From an uncultured Candidatus Saccharibacteria bacterium (GTDB lineage: Bacteria; Patescibacteriota; Minisyncoccia; Phycocordibacterales; UBA1006), in contig CAZVLM010000002.1 in NCBI GenBank assembly GCA_964628065.1, positions 18,993 to 68,064 of the forward strand: a stretch of DNA of 49,072 nucleotides, given 5' to 3'. Of this stretch, positions 24,242 to 32,431 are shown one piece after another. The notes under the pieces were generated by a model. The model did no database searches. It saw nothing but the letters and a program-made list of their open reading frames with translations, and was not told the DNA's origin. Numbering within the stretch: the first letter of the stretch is position 1; every line of letters starts with the position of its first letter. A program made the translations under genes and the position numbers.

Positions 24242-25276
24242 ATGAAAAACGTACTTAAAATAGGTCTTTTGGTAACAATGCTATGCATAGCGAATTTTGC
24301 ACATGCTGCATACGACGCTAATGGATACAATATGACAGTTTCATCTGTGACAAGCAACAATGCAACAGTAAAAATTTTTAGGGCTGAGAATAGTGCCAAT
24401 AAGACTGTTTCAGTTGAATACTATATAGATGCTCGTGCAACCTCGCTTAAGCAGGGAATACCCTTTACTCCGGGTGTGTCAGACATGCCAACGCCGTATT
24501 CAAGAGTTTCTGCGCTAATGTCAGTAGGGTTGTCAAACTATTTTATTGCAAATCTTAATGGATTGCAGTCTAATAGTGTTTACCATGTTCGTTACTACGT
24601 CGACAATAATTACTGTGCTCCAGATGCAATATGTACGCATGAATACCGATATCCAACGGTCGGAGCGTGGGTACGACTTGATACTTTAGCAGAAGGAGGC
24701 ACAACAGGAGAAGTGTTAGGTTTCGGAACACAAAAACTTCAAAGGGGTTCAACAGGAATTTGGGTAATGAACTTACAAAAAGTACTTAACAAATACACAG
24801 GAGCAAATTTGTATCCTGACGGAAATTTCGGACTTGCGACAAAAGCGGCAGTGCAAGCATTCCAAATGTCTAAGAATATGACACCGGACGGAATTGTTGG
24901 AACAAAAACCAAGCAGTCCTTAATCCAGATACAGCAGCGAGTCACTCCTATGCCAACGAACACTCTTCAGCTAACATCCGCAGATATTGGACGAACAATT
25001 AAAATTTCTCAGGGACAGATGTTTACGGTTACATTAAGTAATCCCGGAGATGGAGGATATCAGTTTAATGTCCCAGATGACGGATCTGATATCTTGGTAG
25101 ATTCTGGGCGAATACATACAAACCCTACTTCAGGGGCTTTGGGAGATTTTGGTAAAGATATGTGGACTTTTTATGCAAACAGGACAGGAATTACCAACTT
25201 AAAAATAACAGCTTCACGACCATGGTCTACTGAACAACCAATAGTAATGTTTAATGTCACCGTAGTAGTCGGATAA
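24242..25276 (+). CDS. Secreted protein with a peptidoglycan-binding (PG_binding_1) domain and a C-terminal chagasin/I42-like inhibitor domain
   Basis: Signal peptide (LLVTMLCIANFAHA). GSTGIWVMNLQKVLN...PDGNFGLATKAAVQAFQ...PDGIVGTKT is a PGB repeat. TVTLSNPGDGGYQF resembles the I42 NPTTGY-type motif. Confidence 0.55.
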   Translation: MKNVLKIGLLVTMLCIANFAHAAYDANGYNMTVSSVTSNNATVKIFRAENSANKTVSVEYYIDARATSLKQGIPFTPGVSDMPTPYSRVSALMSVGLSNYFIANLNGLQSNSVYHVRYYVDNNYCAPDAICTHEYRYPTVGAWVRLDTLAEGGTTGEVLGFGTQKLQRGSTGIWVMNLQKVLNKYTGANLYPDGNFGLATKAAVQAFQMSKNMTPDGIVGTKTKQSLIQIQQRVTPMPTNTLQLTSADIGRTIKISQGQMFTVTLSNPGDGGYQFNVPDDGSDILVDSGRIHTNPTSGALGDFGKDMWTFYANRTGITNLKITASRPWSTEQPIVMFNVTVVVG

Positions 25277-25282
25277 AAATAT

Positions 25283-25612
25283 ATGGAAACAATCACTTAC
25301 GACGAATTTAAAAAAATGGATATTAGAATCGGGACGATCAAGGAAGTAGAACCGATCGAAGGAACCGATAAATTATTGCGATGCCAAATTGATTTTGGCG
25401 AATTAGGCGTACGGCAAATTGTGTCAGGGATTAAGGAGTATTATCCAGAGTATGCGACATTAGTAGGGAAGCAGGTGCTGTACATTGTAAACCTCGAGCC
25501 TCGCGAAATAAAAGGCCATATGTCGCATGGAATGCTTATGGCGGTTGGTCCGGGTGCGCCCGTATTCCTTGTTCCAGAGACTCCGGTTGAGGCAGGAAGT
25601 AAGGTGCGATAA
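25283..25612 (+). CDS. tRNA-binding (CsaA/EMAP-II-like OB-fold) protein
   Basis: FKKMDIRIGTIKEVEPIEGTDKLLRCQIDFGE..RQIVSGIKEYY is typical of CsaA/Trbp111. Confidence 0.8.
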   Translation: METITYDEFKKMDIRIGTIKEVEPIEGTDKLLRCQIDFGELGVRQIVSGIKEYYPEYATLVGKQVLYIVNLEPREIKGHMSHGMLMAVGPGAPVFLVPETPVEAGSKVR

Positions 25613-26016
25613 CTTGCTTTTTCCACCAATATTCCATATACTTGACGCAAGGCTAAGCAAGGCTGGAATTCCATCGTTCTTTTTTACTCTGCAATTTGGG
25701 GGCCCCTCATAAGCTTAAGTGCGGCGAGGGGCTTTTTTATTGCACAGAAAACACGCCTGTGGTACTGTTAAGGGGAGTAATAATGTGCTCATAAAGTTCT
25801 TTGATCTATTGGATAGCAATAGAAGTAGAATGAATTTAATTTCATTCTGCGGAAGAAGTATGGCTTATAATCTAGGGAAACCAAGTCTGAGAGGGCGACT
25901 GTCAGTCAGGGATTACAAGATTTCACATGCTTCGTGTTCAAAACAACCTCTAACCTTAAAAAAGTTAGAACTAAAAAATCCCCCTATGCATTCTAATCGG
26001 TGCGGGGGATTTTTCA

Positions 26017-26646
26017 TTAAAGGTTTTTTGGAAGTTTTTTTGTTTTTCTTTCGTGAATGGTCTCCTTAATAATTTTCCATCCAATGGGCAACAGTGAAAG
26101 GACGATAATGCCGAACGCAATAGGCAGAATGTAAGAATCAATATTTGGAATAGTATTTCCGAGAAGTGCCCCAAGCAGTGTTAATGAGAGCACCCAAATA
26201 AATCCACCGATGACGTTATATGCGAAAAACTTTGGATATGGCATGTGGGATGTTCCAGCTAGAATTGGAGCAAACGTTCGCACCACAGGAATAAAGCGCG
26301 CGAGAATAATAGTTTTTGCACCATGTGATGCGTAAAATGCCTGGGATTTTTCAAGATTTTTCTTATTAAACACCAGAGAGTCTTCTTTCTTAAATAATCG
26401 CTTGCCAGTTTTAAGTCCGAAATAATAACCAAACGAATCACCGAGTATTGCCGCAACAAGTGATAGGATAATAACAATAGAAAGCTTGAAATGACCTGCA
26501 GCAGCAAGAAGCCCTGCCGTAAAAAGGAGACTATCTCCCGGAAGAAAGAATCCGAAAAATAGTCCGGATTCGGCAAATACAATAGCAAAAAGTCCGATGT
26601 AGCCAACCGTTTCGAGAAACACCTTTAAGTCGAGATGGGGAATCAT
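26017..26646 (-). CDS. DedA-family membrane protein (second paralogue)
   Basis: GLFFGFFLPGDSLLFTAG and ARFIPVVRTFAPILAG blocks. Start set to ATG 26646 (TATACT-ttatcc-ATG). Confidence 0.8.
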   Translation of the reverse strand: MIPHLDLKVFLETVGYIGLFAIVFAESGLFFGFFLPGDSLLFTAGLLAAAGHFKLSIVIILSLVAAILGDSFGYYFGLKTGKRLFKKEDSLVFNKKNLEKSQAFYASHGAKTIILARFIPVVRTFAPILAGTSHMPYPKFFAYNVIGGFIWVLSLTLLGALLGNTIPNIDSYILPIAFGIIVLSLLPIGWKIIKETIHERKTKKLPKNL

Positions 26647-26680
26647 GGATAAAGTATACATCATGCGATATACTTAATCC

Positions 26681-27763
26681 ATGAGCTTTTTTTCATTGTT
26701 TGAAAAACCAAAACCATCCGTTGCATTTTCATTTGATAATGGGTATGTGCGATTTGTGTCTGTGATACGGGAAAAAAATGGAATACAAATTACTGATCAT
26801 GGATCAGAATTTTTCGGTCCAGAAATTATGAATGAACGCGATGCTATCGTAGATGACGCAGCGTTCGTACGAAAGATTCGTGCAATCAATAATGCAGGCA
26901 AGGACAAAGTAAAATTTGAGTCAGTAAACATTGTCATCCCTGATCGCCAAGCCATCATGTTCCATACGCACGTCGCGAAAATGGCAGATAAGGAAATGGA
27001 CGCTGTTATTGTTGACCATATTAAGACGTATTGCGAGTCACATGACTTATTGGATGTAAAATCTTATATTTGCGAGTACGATATTATTTTAAAAACTGAT
27101 TACGGTTACGACGTGCACGTAACGCTCGTGCCAAAACTTTATGTTGAACACATTGTGAGATTGTTCAAGCAGGCAGGGATCGCGGTAAAACATATTGAAA
27201 CCGCTCATCATGCGGTAGCAAAGTCATGCCTTGAGATAGCTCCAGGGTTTGGATACGTACTAGTTTCGTTTGGAACCAAGCAAACATCCATCGCGCTTCT
27301 TCATGGAGAACATCTTGTCTCTCAAAGTACAGTTGCGGTTGGTGTAGAGAATCTTTACAAAACAATCGAGCGATTCCTAGGCGTGGGTCGCGAAGACTCA
27401 AAGCGAATTATTAACAAGCATGGCATTTTGCAAACGCATCCTGACAATGGGCTTCTTTCAGAACTGTATCTGGAACTTGCGCCTATTTATCGAATGATCG
27501 ACAACCAGCTCATTACTATTGGCACGATGCCATATAAAACATTTGGTCACCGGTTTACGACACATGATGTGATCGTGTACGGGGAAGGGGTTTCTGTAAA
27601 AGGTCTTGTAGGATTTTTGGGAGAGCGAACAAACCTTAACGCCCAGGAACTTGATCCTTGGGCGGGTCACACCGAAGACCGCGCGCCAATCTTGAATCTG
27701 CCTGCATCGGAGACGTTGGTGTATGCGGAGGCATTGTCGCTCGCGTTGCTCTATTTGAAATAG
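26681..27763 (+). CDS. pilM: Type IV pilus assembly protein PilM-like (actin-fold ATPase)
   Basis: Length, N-terminal FSLFEKPKPSVAFSFDNGYVRFV and an actin-like two-lobed layout typical of PilM. No pilNOPQ genes are adjacent. Confidence 0.6.
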   Translation: MSFFSLFEKPKPSVAFSFDNGYVRFVSVIREKNGIQITDHGSEFFGPEIMNERDAIVDDAAFVRKIRAINNAGKDKVKFESVNIVIPDRQAIMFHTHVAKMADKEMDAVIVDHIKTYCESHDLLDVKSYICEYDIILKTDYGYDVHVTLVPKLYVEHIVRLFKQAGIAVKHIETAHHAVAKSCLEIAPGFGYVLVSFGTKQTSIALLHGEHLVSQSTVAVGVENLYKTIERFLGVGREDSKRIINKHGILQTHPDNGLLSELYLELAPIYRMIDNQLITIGTMPYKTFGHRFTTHDVIVYGEGVSVKGLVGFLGERTNLNAQELDPWAGHTEDRAPILNLPASETLVYAEALSLALLYLK

Positions 27764-27772
27764 GTTGAAATA

Positions 27773-27804
27773 AAATAAGCCGACATAAAAGTGTCGGCTT
27801 ATTT
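27773..27804. terminator. Hairpin aaataagccgaca-taaaag-tgtcggcttattt (bidirectional)
   Basis: 13-bp perfect inverted repeat between convergent genes. Confidence 0.7.
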
Positions 27805-27810
27805 GTGATG

Positions 27811-28194
27811 CTAAATAAGTTGTAGTTCCTTCCAATGATTCTTAAGCCCAATCAAGGTTAACGGACGTTTAGCGCTGGAAAGGTGCCAATCTGCAAAATA
27901 AGGAAAATCTTCCTTGTAGAACGGTCTTGCGAACACTGCCAGGGCAGCAAAAAATAGAGGCACAACAGCGTAGGGCGCCGGCAAGCATAAGGCGATGATG
28001 CCGCCAATAAGGAATGTTCTTTTAAGAAAGCGATACCAGAAATATTTCCGGTTTATTCGTTTGCTTTGCGAAGTAAATCTAACTAGTTGAGTGGAGTGTT
28101 CAGGTTTGGGGTGTTGGTATTGCTTAATAAGACAAATTACATAGGCTACTATAAAAAATAATCTTATTATGGTTGCAAAAGTTAAGAAACTCAT
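27811..28194 (-). CDS. Hypothetical membrane protein
   Basis: ORF with 3 hydrophobic helices. No motif recognised. Confidence 0.45.
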   Translation of the reverse strand: MSFLTFATIIRLFFIVAYVICLIKQYQHPKPEHSTQLVRFTSQSKRINRKYFWYRFLKRTFLIGGIIALCLPAPYAVVPLFFAALAVFARPFYKEDFPYFADWHLSSAKRPLTLIGLKNHWKELQLI

Positions 28195-28263
28195 TGGTAT
28201 AAAGTTTTTAGGTTACGAAATTCATGATTAAAATATCATGAATAAACTAGCTGGTCAATGTTG

Positions 28264-28335
28264 TGCCCCTGCGAGGAATCGAACCTCGAATTACGGCTTA
28301 GAAGTCCGCAGTTATATCCATTTAACTACAAGGGC
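28264..28335 (-). tRNA. tRNA-Arg (anticodon UCU)
   Basis: Reverse complement GCCCTTGTAGTTAAATGGATATAACTGCGGACTTCTAAGCCGTAATTCGAGGTTCGATTCCTCGCAGGGGCA. Anticodon loop CUUCUAA. One A-G mismatch closes the anticodon stem. Confidence 0.8.
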
Positions 28336-28637
28336 GCGGTCTTACCAAATGAGTTTAGTTGAAAATACGTTTTTCGTCTATGGCAATTGGCGCATCGAAT
28401 GTCACACTTCTCTATTTCTGAAAGAATTGTTTTCCAAGAGTAGTGCCCTGATAACATACTTGATATTGACTTAAATTTCAAGGCTGGATCCTTGTGGTCA
28501 AAATCAAGAACAATCGGATCGGTTTCTCCACAATCAATACAAGCCTTTCCGGTAAGGTGTGCCAAAAGTTGTTGTCTTATTTTTACACGAAAAGCCTTTT
28601 GTGCCTTGTAGAGATCTGCTCGGTTTTTGTAGGGCAT
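28326..28637 (-). CDS. HNH endonuclease-family protein
   Basis: CIDCGETDPIVLDFDHKDP...CDIRCANCHRRKT (Cys4 + His-Asn-His layout). The last 10 nt overlap the 5' end of tRNA-Arg(UCU). Confidence 0.7.
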   Translation of the reverse strand: MPYKNRADLYKAQKAFRVKIRQQLLAHLTGKACIDCGETDPIVLDFDHKDPALKFKSISSMLSGHYSWKTILSEIEKCDIRCANCHRRKTYFQLNSFGKTAPL

Positions 28638-28711
28638 GCTAGGATTATAACACTTCGTTCTAACCCTTACCAATTTACAAATAAAAATATTGTGATAGTA
28701 TATCTAGGCAT

Positions 28712-28784
28712 GCGCTCTTAGCTCAGTTGGTAGAGCAACTCATTTACACTGAGAAGGTCGGGGGTTCAAGTCCCTCAGGGCGCA
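28712..28784 (+). tRNA. tRNA-Val (anticodon UAC)
   Basis: GCGCTCTTAGCTCAGTTGGTAGAGCAACTCATTTACACTGAGAAGGTCGGGGGTTCAAGTCCCTCAGGGCGCA. Anticodon loop UUUACAC. Confidence 0.9.
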
Positions 28785-28909
28785 CTACTTCGCGCTTCGG
28801 ATGCCTCACCGCTTCGAAGTGCGCAGCACCAAGTAAAGTAAAAATCCCCAGAAAGGGGATTTTTGCTTGGCCTATATTTAAGGCCATAAATGTGCTAAGG
28901 TGTCATTAT

Positions 28910-29941
28910 ATGAATCAAGGATCACCAATAGAGCGAGAAATGTATCCAGTAAAAAACGAAGCTGTTGAAGCAAGTGCAGAACAAGCGATTGTTAAACGCG
29001 AAAGTGTTTTCAGTCCGGAAGAGCTCAATGTGTTGGTTGAGGCCGCTGAAACTGAAATGGAACAGTTCCGCCCTCGCATGCAAGATTTCATCAATGAGGA
29101 CGTAAAAGGTTTTAGGGAAACAGACGTCCATCAGGATATGTTTGAAATTAATATGCGAGAGGCAGAATGGGCTACGGAAAATTCCGCGGAAGATAAAGAA
29201 GCTAATAAGATCGCTATGCTTGCCGAGCATGCTTTCTTTAAATATTTCCGCATTTGGTCAAAAGGAAAAATTCAGACTGTTATGCCTTCGAGATACGACG
29301 ATGTAATGCGAGGAATAGATATGGTTTTGGAGTTTCCAGAAGCCGAAAAAGAGGAAGGCAAATATAATGCCTTAGCTATTGATGTGGTGCTTGGAACAGG
29401 AGATGGGTTCATTGCAAAGCTTATGAAAATTAAGAGTAATATTATTGAGAAGGGTCGGAAGGAAAATGGGCTTAAGTATTTCAAGCCAGATGGAAAAAAC
29501 CTATTCAAGGGATTTATGGCACCGGGAGTAGTAAGCATGAATCCTGCTGCGCTGAAGAAGCTTTTTGACCAAGAAAAAAACGGAGAAGCAAGAAGTGTGG
29601 AAAAAAGCCTTATTCCTTACCTTGTTACCGCTCAGCTACTTGAGCAGTACAAGGGATTTGAAGAGTATGCAATTTTTGCAGGTCAGTCCGAAATTGCAGA
29701 AAGTTACCGACAGGCACGACAAGAATTGGAAAACGCAACAGAAAGCATGTCTGCAGACCTGGCTTTCAATTCAAAACTTAAAGAAGTGGTTGATTCTAGT
29801 ATTGCAGTGAAGAAGACAAGAATCTTCTTCAAACTGCTTAAAGAAGGCGACTACTTGGAAGACGCAGAAAAGATCATCAAGGAACGCGAAGCACTTGAAG
29901 AATCAGCTGATAACAATGAAAATTATGAAGTTGCTGCTTGA
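28910..29941 (+). CDS. Hypothetical acidic protein
   Basis: The track ORF starts inside tRNA-Val. Start moved to ATG 28910 (TGCTAAGGT 8 nt upstream). No motif recognised. Confidence 0.5.
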   Translation: MNQGSPIEREMYPVKNEAVEASAEQAIVKRESVFSPEELNVLVEAAETEMEQFRPRMQDFINEDVKGFRETDVHQDMFEINMREAEWATENSAEDKEANKIAMLAEHAFFKYFRIWSKGKIQTVMPSRYDDVMRGIDMVLEFPEAEKEEGKYNALAIDVVLGTGDGFIAKLMKIKSNIIEKGRKENGLKYFKPDGKNLFKGFMAPGVVSMNPAALKKLFDQEKNGEARSVEKSLIPYLVTAQLLEQYKGFEEYAIFAGQSEIAESYRQARQELENATESMSADLAFNSKLKEVVDSSIAVKKTRIFFKLLKEGDYLEDAEKIIKEREALEESADNNENYEVAA

Positions 29942-30647
29942 GACAAACGACTTGTTGGTTATCAATAAACCAGCGGGATTAATCGTGCATACGGATGGAA
30001 AACACGCGGAAGCAAGCGTGGTTGATTGGGTGGTAGAGAATTATCCTGAAGCAAAGGATGTGGGGGAGAAAATGACCATTGAACATGCAGGGGAAACGAT
30101 TGAAATTCCTCGAAGCGGGATTGTTCATCGATTGGACCGTGATACTTCAGGAGTTCTGATTATTGCAAAAAACCAGGGCACCTTCGCTTTTTTGAAAAGT
30201 CAGTTTCAAGAACATACCATTAAGAAAAAATATGTAGCGGTCGTATTTGGTTGGCCACGAGATGAACGAGGACTAATTGAGCAGCCAATTGGGCGATCTC
30301 GATCTGATATTCGAGCATGGACCACAAAAGCGTCGGCCCGAGGAACGATGCGAGATGCGATTACTCGATTTACGGTGAAGAAAAAGTTTGAGGTAAATGG
30401 AGAAAAGTATGCGCTCGTTGATTTGTATCCTCAAACAGGACGAACGCACCAGCTTCGTGTGCACATGTCGCACATCGGGCATCCTATTGTTGGAGACCCT
30501 ATCTATTCCGGGAAAAAGCCAACGAACTTGGACATTCACCGAACAGCGCTTCATGCGGAACAGATCGTGTTCAAGCTCCCTAACGGGAAGGAGGCAACCG
30601 TCATTGCGCCTTTGCCGGACGATCTTGCCAAAATCGCCTCTTTGTGA
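29916..30647 (+). CDS. RluA-family pseudouridine synthase
   Basis: LLVINKPAGLIVH, catalytic HRLDRDTSGVL, and TGRTHQLRVH. Start ambiguous (29916 or 29925); overlaps the upstream gene. Confidence 0.88.
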   Translation: MKIMKLLLETNDLLVINKPAGLIVHTDGKHAEASVVDWVVENYPEAKDVGEKMTIEHAGETIEIPRSGIVHRLDRDTSGVLIIAKNQGTFAFLKSQFQEHTIKKKYVAVVFGWPRDERGLIEQPIGRSRSDIRAWTTKASARGTMRDAITRFTVKKKFEVNGEKYALVDLYPQTGRTHQLRVHMSHIGHPIVGDPIYSGKKPTNLDIHRTALHAEQIVFKLPNGKEATVIAPLPDDLAKIASL

Positions 30648-30728
30648 TAAGATCCGCAGGTTATTAGATTTATATACCTAGAGCCGGAATTGTATCTTCG
30701 TGATCGTTTCCGGAGTCAGGACCCTATT

Positions 30729-31175
30729 ATGGCAACAAATGCAACACAATTTCTTCCTAAGGATGTCGCAAACCGAAAGGATTTGGATATCCGAACAGGA
30801 GACACTGTACGAGTATCAGTGAAGATTGAAGAAAAAGGAAAGACTCGAATCCAGATGTTCGAAGGACTGGTTATCGCGCGAAAGCACGGAGCTGAAGCCG
30901 GAGGAACAATCACGGTTCGAAAAGTCTCTCACGGAGTAGGAGTAGAGCGAATTTTCCCTCTATACTCTCCAAGTATTGAAAAGATTGAAGTTATCCGACG
31001 AACATCGGTACGACGATCAAAGCTTTACTTCATCCGAGAAAAAGTAACCCGAGACATCCGAAAGAAGATGCGAAACTTCGTAGAATTCTTCGCTTCATCA
31101 GCAAATCTTCCAAAGGCGGAAGAAATGATGGAAGAAGTCGTAGAAGATACCAATACTTCAGAATCAGCAGAGTAA
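30729..31175 (+). CDS. rplS: 50S ribosomal protein L19 (with an acidic C-terminal extension)
   Basis: [31 protein letters not shown]...[27 protein letters not shown]. Confidence 0.93.
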   Translation: MATNATQFLPKDVANRKDLDIRTGDTVRVSVKIEEKGKTRIQMFEGLVIARKHGAEAGGTITVRKVSHGVGVERIFPLYSPSIEKIEVIRRTSVRRSKLYFIREKVTRDIRKKMRNFVEFFASSANLPKAEEMMEEVVEDTNTSESAE

Positions 31176-31239
31176 TACTTAAAACCTCGACAAGTGCGGG
31201 GTTTTTTGTATACTACGTGGGTTGAGTAGCTGAATATCT

Positions 31240-31321
31240 GCCCAGATGGAGAAATTGGTAGACTTACTACCTTGAGGTGGTAGCGCCGAAAGGCATGGGG
31301 GTTCGAGTCCCCCTCTGGGCA
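31240..31321 (+). tRNA. tRNA-Leu (anticodon GAG)
   Basis: GCCCAGATGGAGAAATTGGTAGACTTACTACCTTGAGGTGGTAGCGCCGAAAGGCATGGGGGTTCGAGTCCCCCTCTGGGCA. Long variable arm, anticodon loop UUGAGGU. Confidence 0.92.
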
Positions 31322-31382
31322 CCTTAAACAACCTTTCCAATAAAGGTTGTTTTTCATATATGCACCTAGTATACTTAGCTAT

Positions 31383-32417
31383 ATGAATAAATATTTTTGG
31401 ATGGGAGCTGGCATACTAATTATTACGGGTGTATTTCTTGTCTGTACAAATAATAAGTACATGCAGGCTTCGGTAATGAATGCATTAAAAATTAATACCA
31501 CAGATGCACAAGTCTTTTTAATGGGAGGGGATACGATTGTTGCTGGTCAAGCAAATATTTGCCACAACGATGTCTACTCATCTCGTGACATGATTAATTG
31601 GAAATTAATATCTCCTGATAATCAGAACCCTGGTACCACTAAGTGGAGCCCAAGAGGGGGACAATCGACGCTTTATTTTAATAATAAACTTTGGGTTATT
31701 GGAGGACAGGATTGCCAAGGAGACCCATCGAATGAGGTCTGGTCTTCTTCTGATGGTAATAGTTGGAAACTTGAAGGAGTAATAGGAACAAATTTCTCAG
31801 ATTTTCGAAGTCAACAAACGGCGGTAGTTTTCAAAAACAGAATGTGGGTAATCGGAGGACATACAGGTGTGAGCATGTGGAATGATGTATATTCTTCTTC
31901 TGATGGTGTGACATGGAGACTGGAAACAGGTAATGCTCCTTGGGCTCAGAGATACGGACACTTGTCATTTGTCTATAACGATAAAATATGGGTTATGGGA
32001 GGGGCTAATAGTGTTGGTGGCGTGTTTGCAAATGATGTATGGTTTTCAGGAGATGGAAAAAATTGGACACAGGCAACGGCTCACGCGGTATGGTCTCCAC
32101 GATTTGGATTAATGGGAGGTGTTTATAATGGGAAAATGTATGTCTTTGGCGGTTCTGACCTCTCCGGTACTTTTAATGATGTCTATTCTTCCGCTGATGG
32201 GGTGACATGGACTCCTGTTGCTCAGAACCAGTGGCAGGGACGACCTCTTGGAGTATCTGTAGTATTAAATAAGAAGTTGTACCTACTGGGCGGGATAAAA
32301 AACAACTATCTCAGTTTGAACGATGTTTGGAGCTATGATGGATCCATTTGGAAAAATGTGACTAATAATCCTGCATGGAATGGCCGATTTATTCACAGTG
32401 CAGTAGTAGCTCAATAG
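31383..32417 (+). CDS. Membrane-anchored beta-propeller protein (Kelch-like blades with Asp-box S-x-D-G-x-x-W)
   Basis: Five to six repeats of ...LWVIGG... + DV(W/Y)SS(S/A)DG(x)xW(x)L. N-terminal TM anchor. TATACT lies 6 nt before the ATG. Confidence 0.7.
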   Translation: MNKYFWMGAGILIITGVFLVCTNNKYMQASVMNALKINTTDAQVFLMGGDTIVAGQANICHNDVYSSRDMINWKLISPDNQNPGTTKWSPRGGQSTLYFNNKLWVIGGQDCQGDPSNEVWSSSDGNSWKLEGVIGTNFSDFRSQQTAVVFKNRMWVIGGHTGVSMWNDVYSSSDGVTWRLETGNAPWAQRYGHLSFVYNDKIWVMGGANSVGGVFANDVWFSGDGKNWTQATAHAVWSPRFGLMGGVYNGKMYVFGGSDLSGTFNDVYSSADGVTWTPVAQNQWQGRPLGVSVVLNKKLYLLGGIKNNYLSLNDVWSYDGSIWKNVTNNPAWNGRFIHSAVVAQ

Positions 32418-32431
32418 TTAAAAACTGCGCT

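Noticed and set aside
25719-26069. 116-aa ORF between the tRNA-binding-protein gene and DedA
   Set aside because: It crosses two terminator-type hairpins, overlaps the DedA 3' end, and has a Cys/Arg/Lys-rich low-complexity composition. The region is treated instead as a candidate non-coding RNA.
16219-28830. Genomic island bounded by the 45-nt direct repeat, with one copy abutting tRNA-Val (att-site hypothesis)
   Set aside because: The tRNA-proximal copy lies 3' of the tRNA while the other copy is upstream of it, which is the wrong geometry for tRNA-targeted integration. There is no integrase, and the interval is full of ordinary housekeeping genes (ruvX, pilM, DedA, tRNAs).
28727-28909. N-terminal 61 codons of the track ORF 28727..29941
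   Set aside because: The ORF starts inside tRNA-Val and reads through a GC-rich repeat and a terminator-like hairpin (aaaaatcccc-agaaa-ggggattttt). The ATG at 28910 has a properly spaced -10 box.
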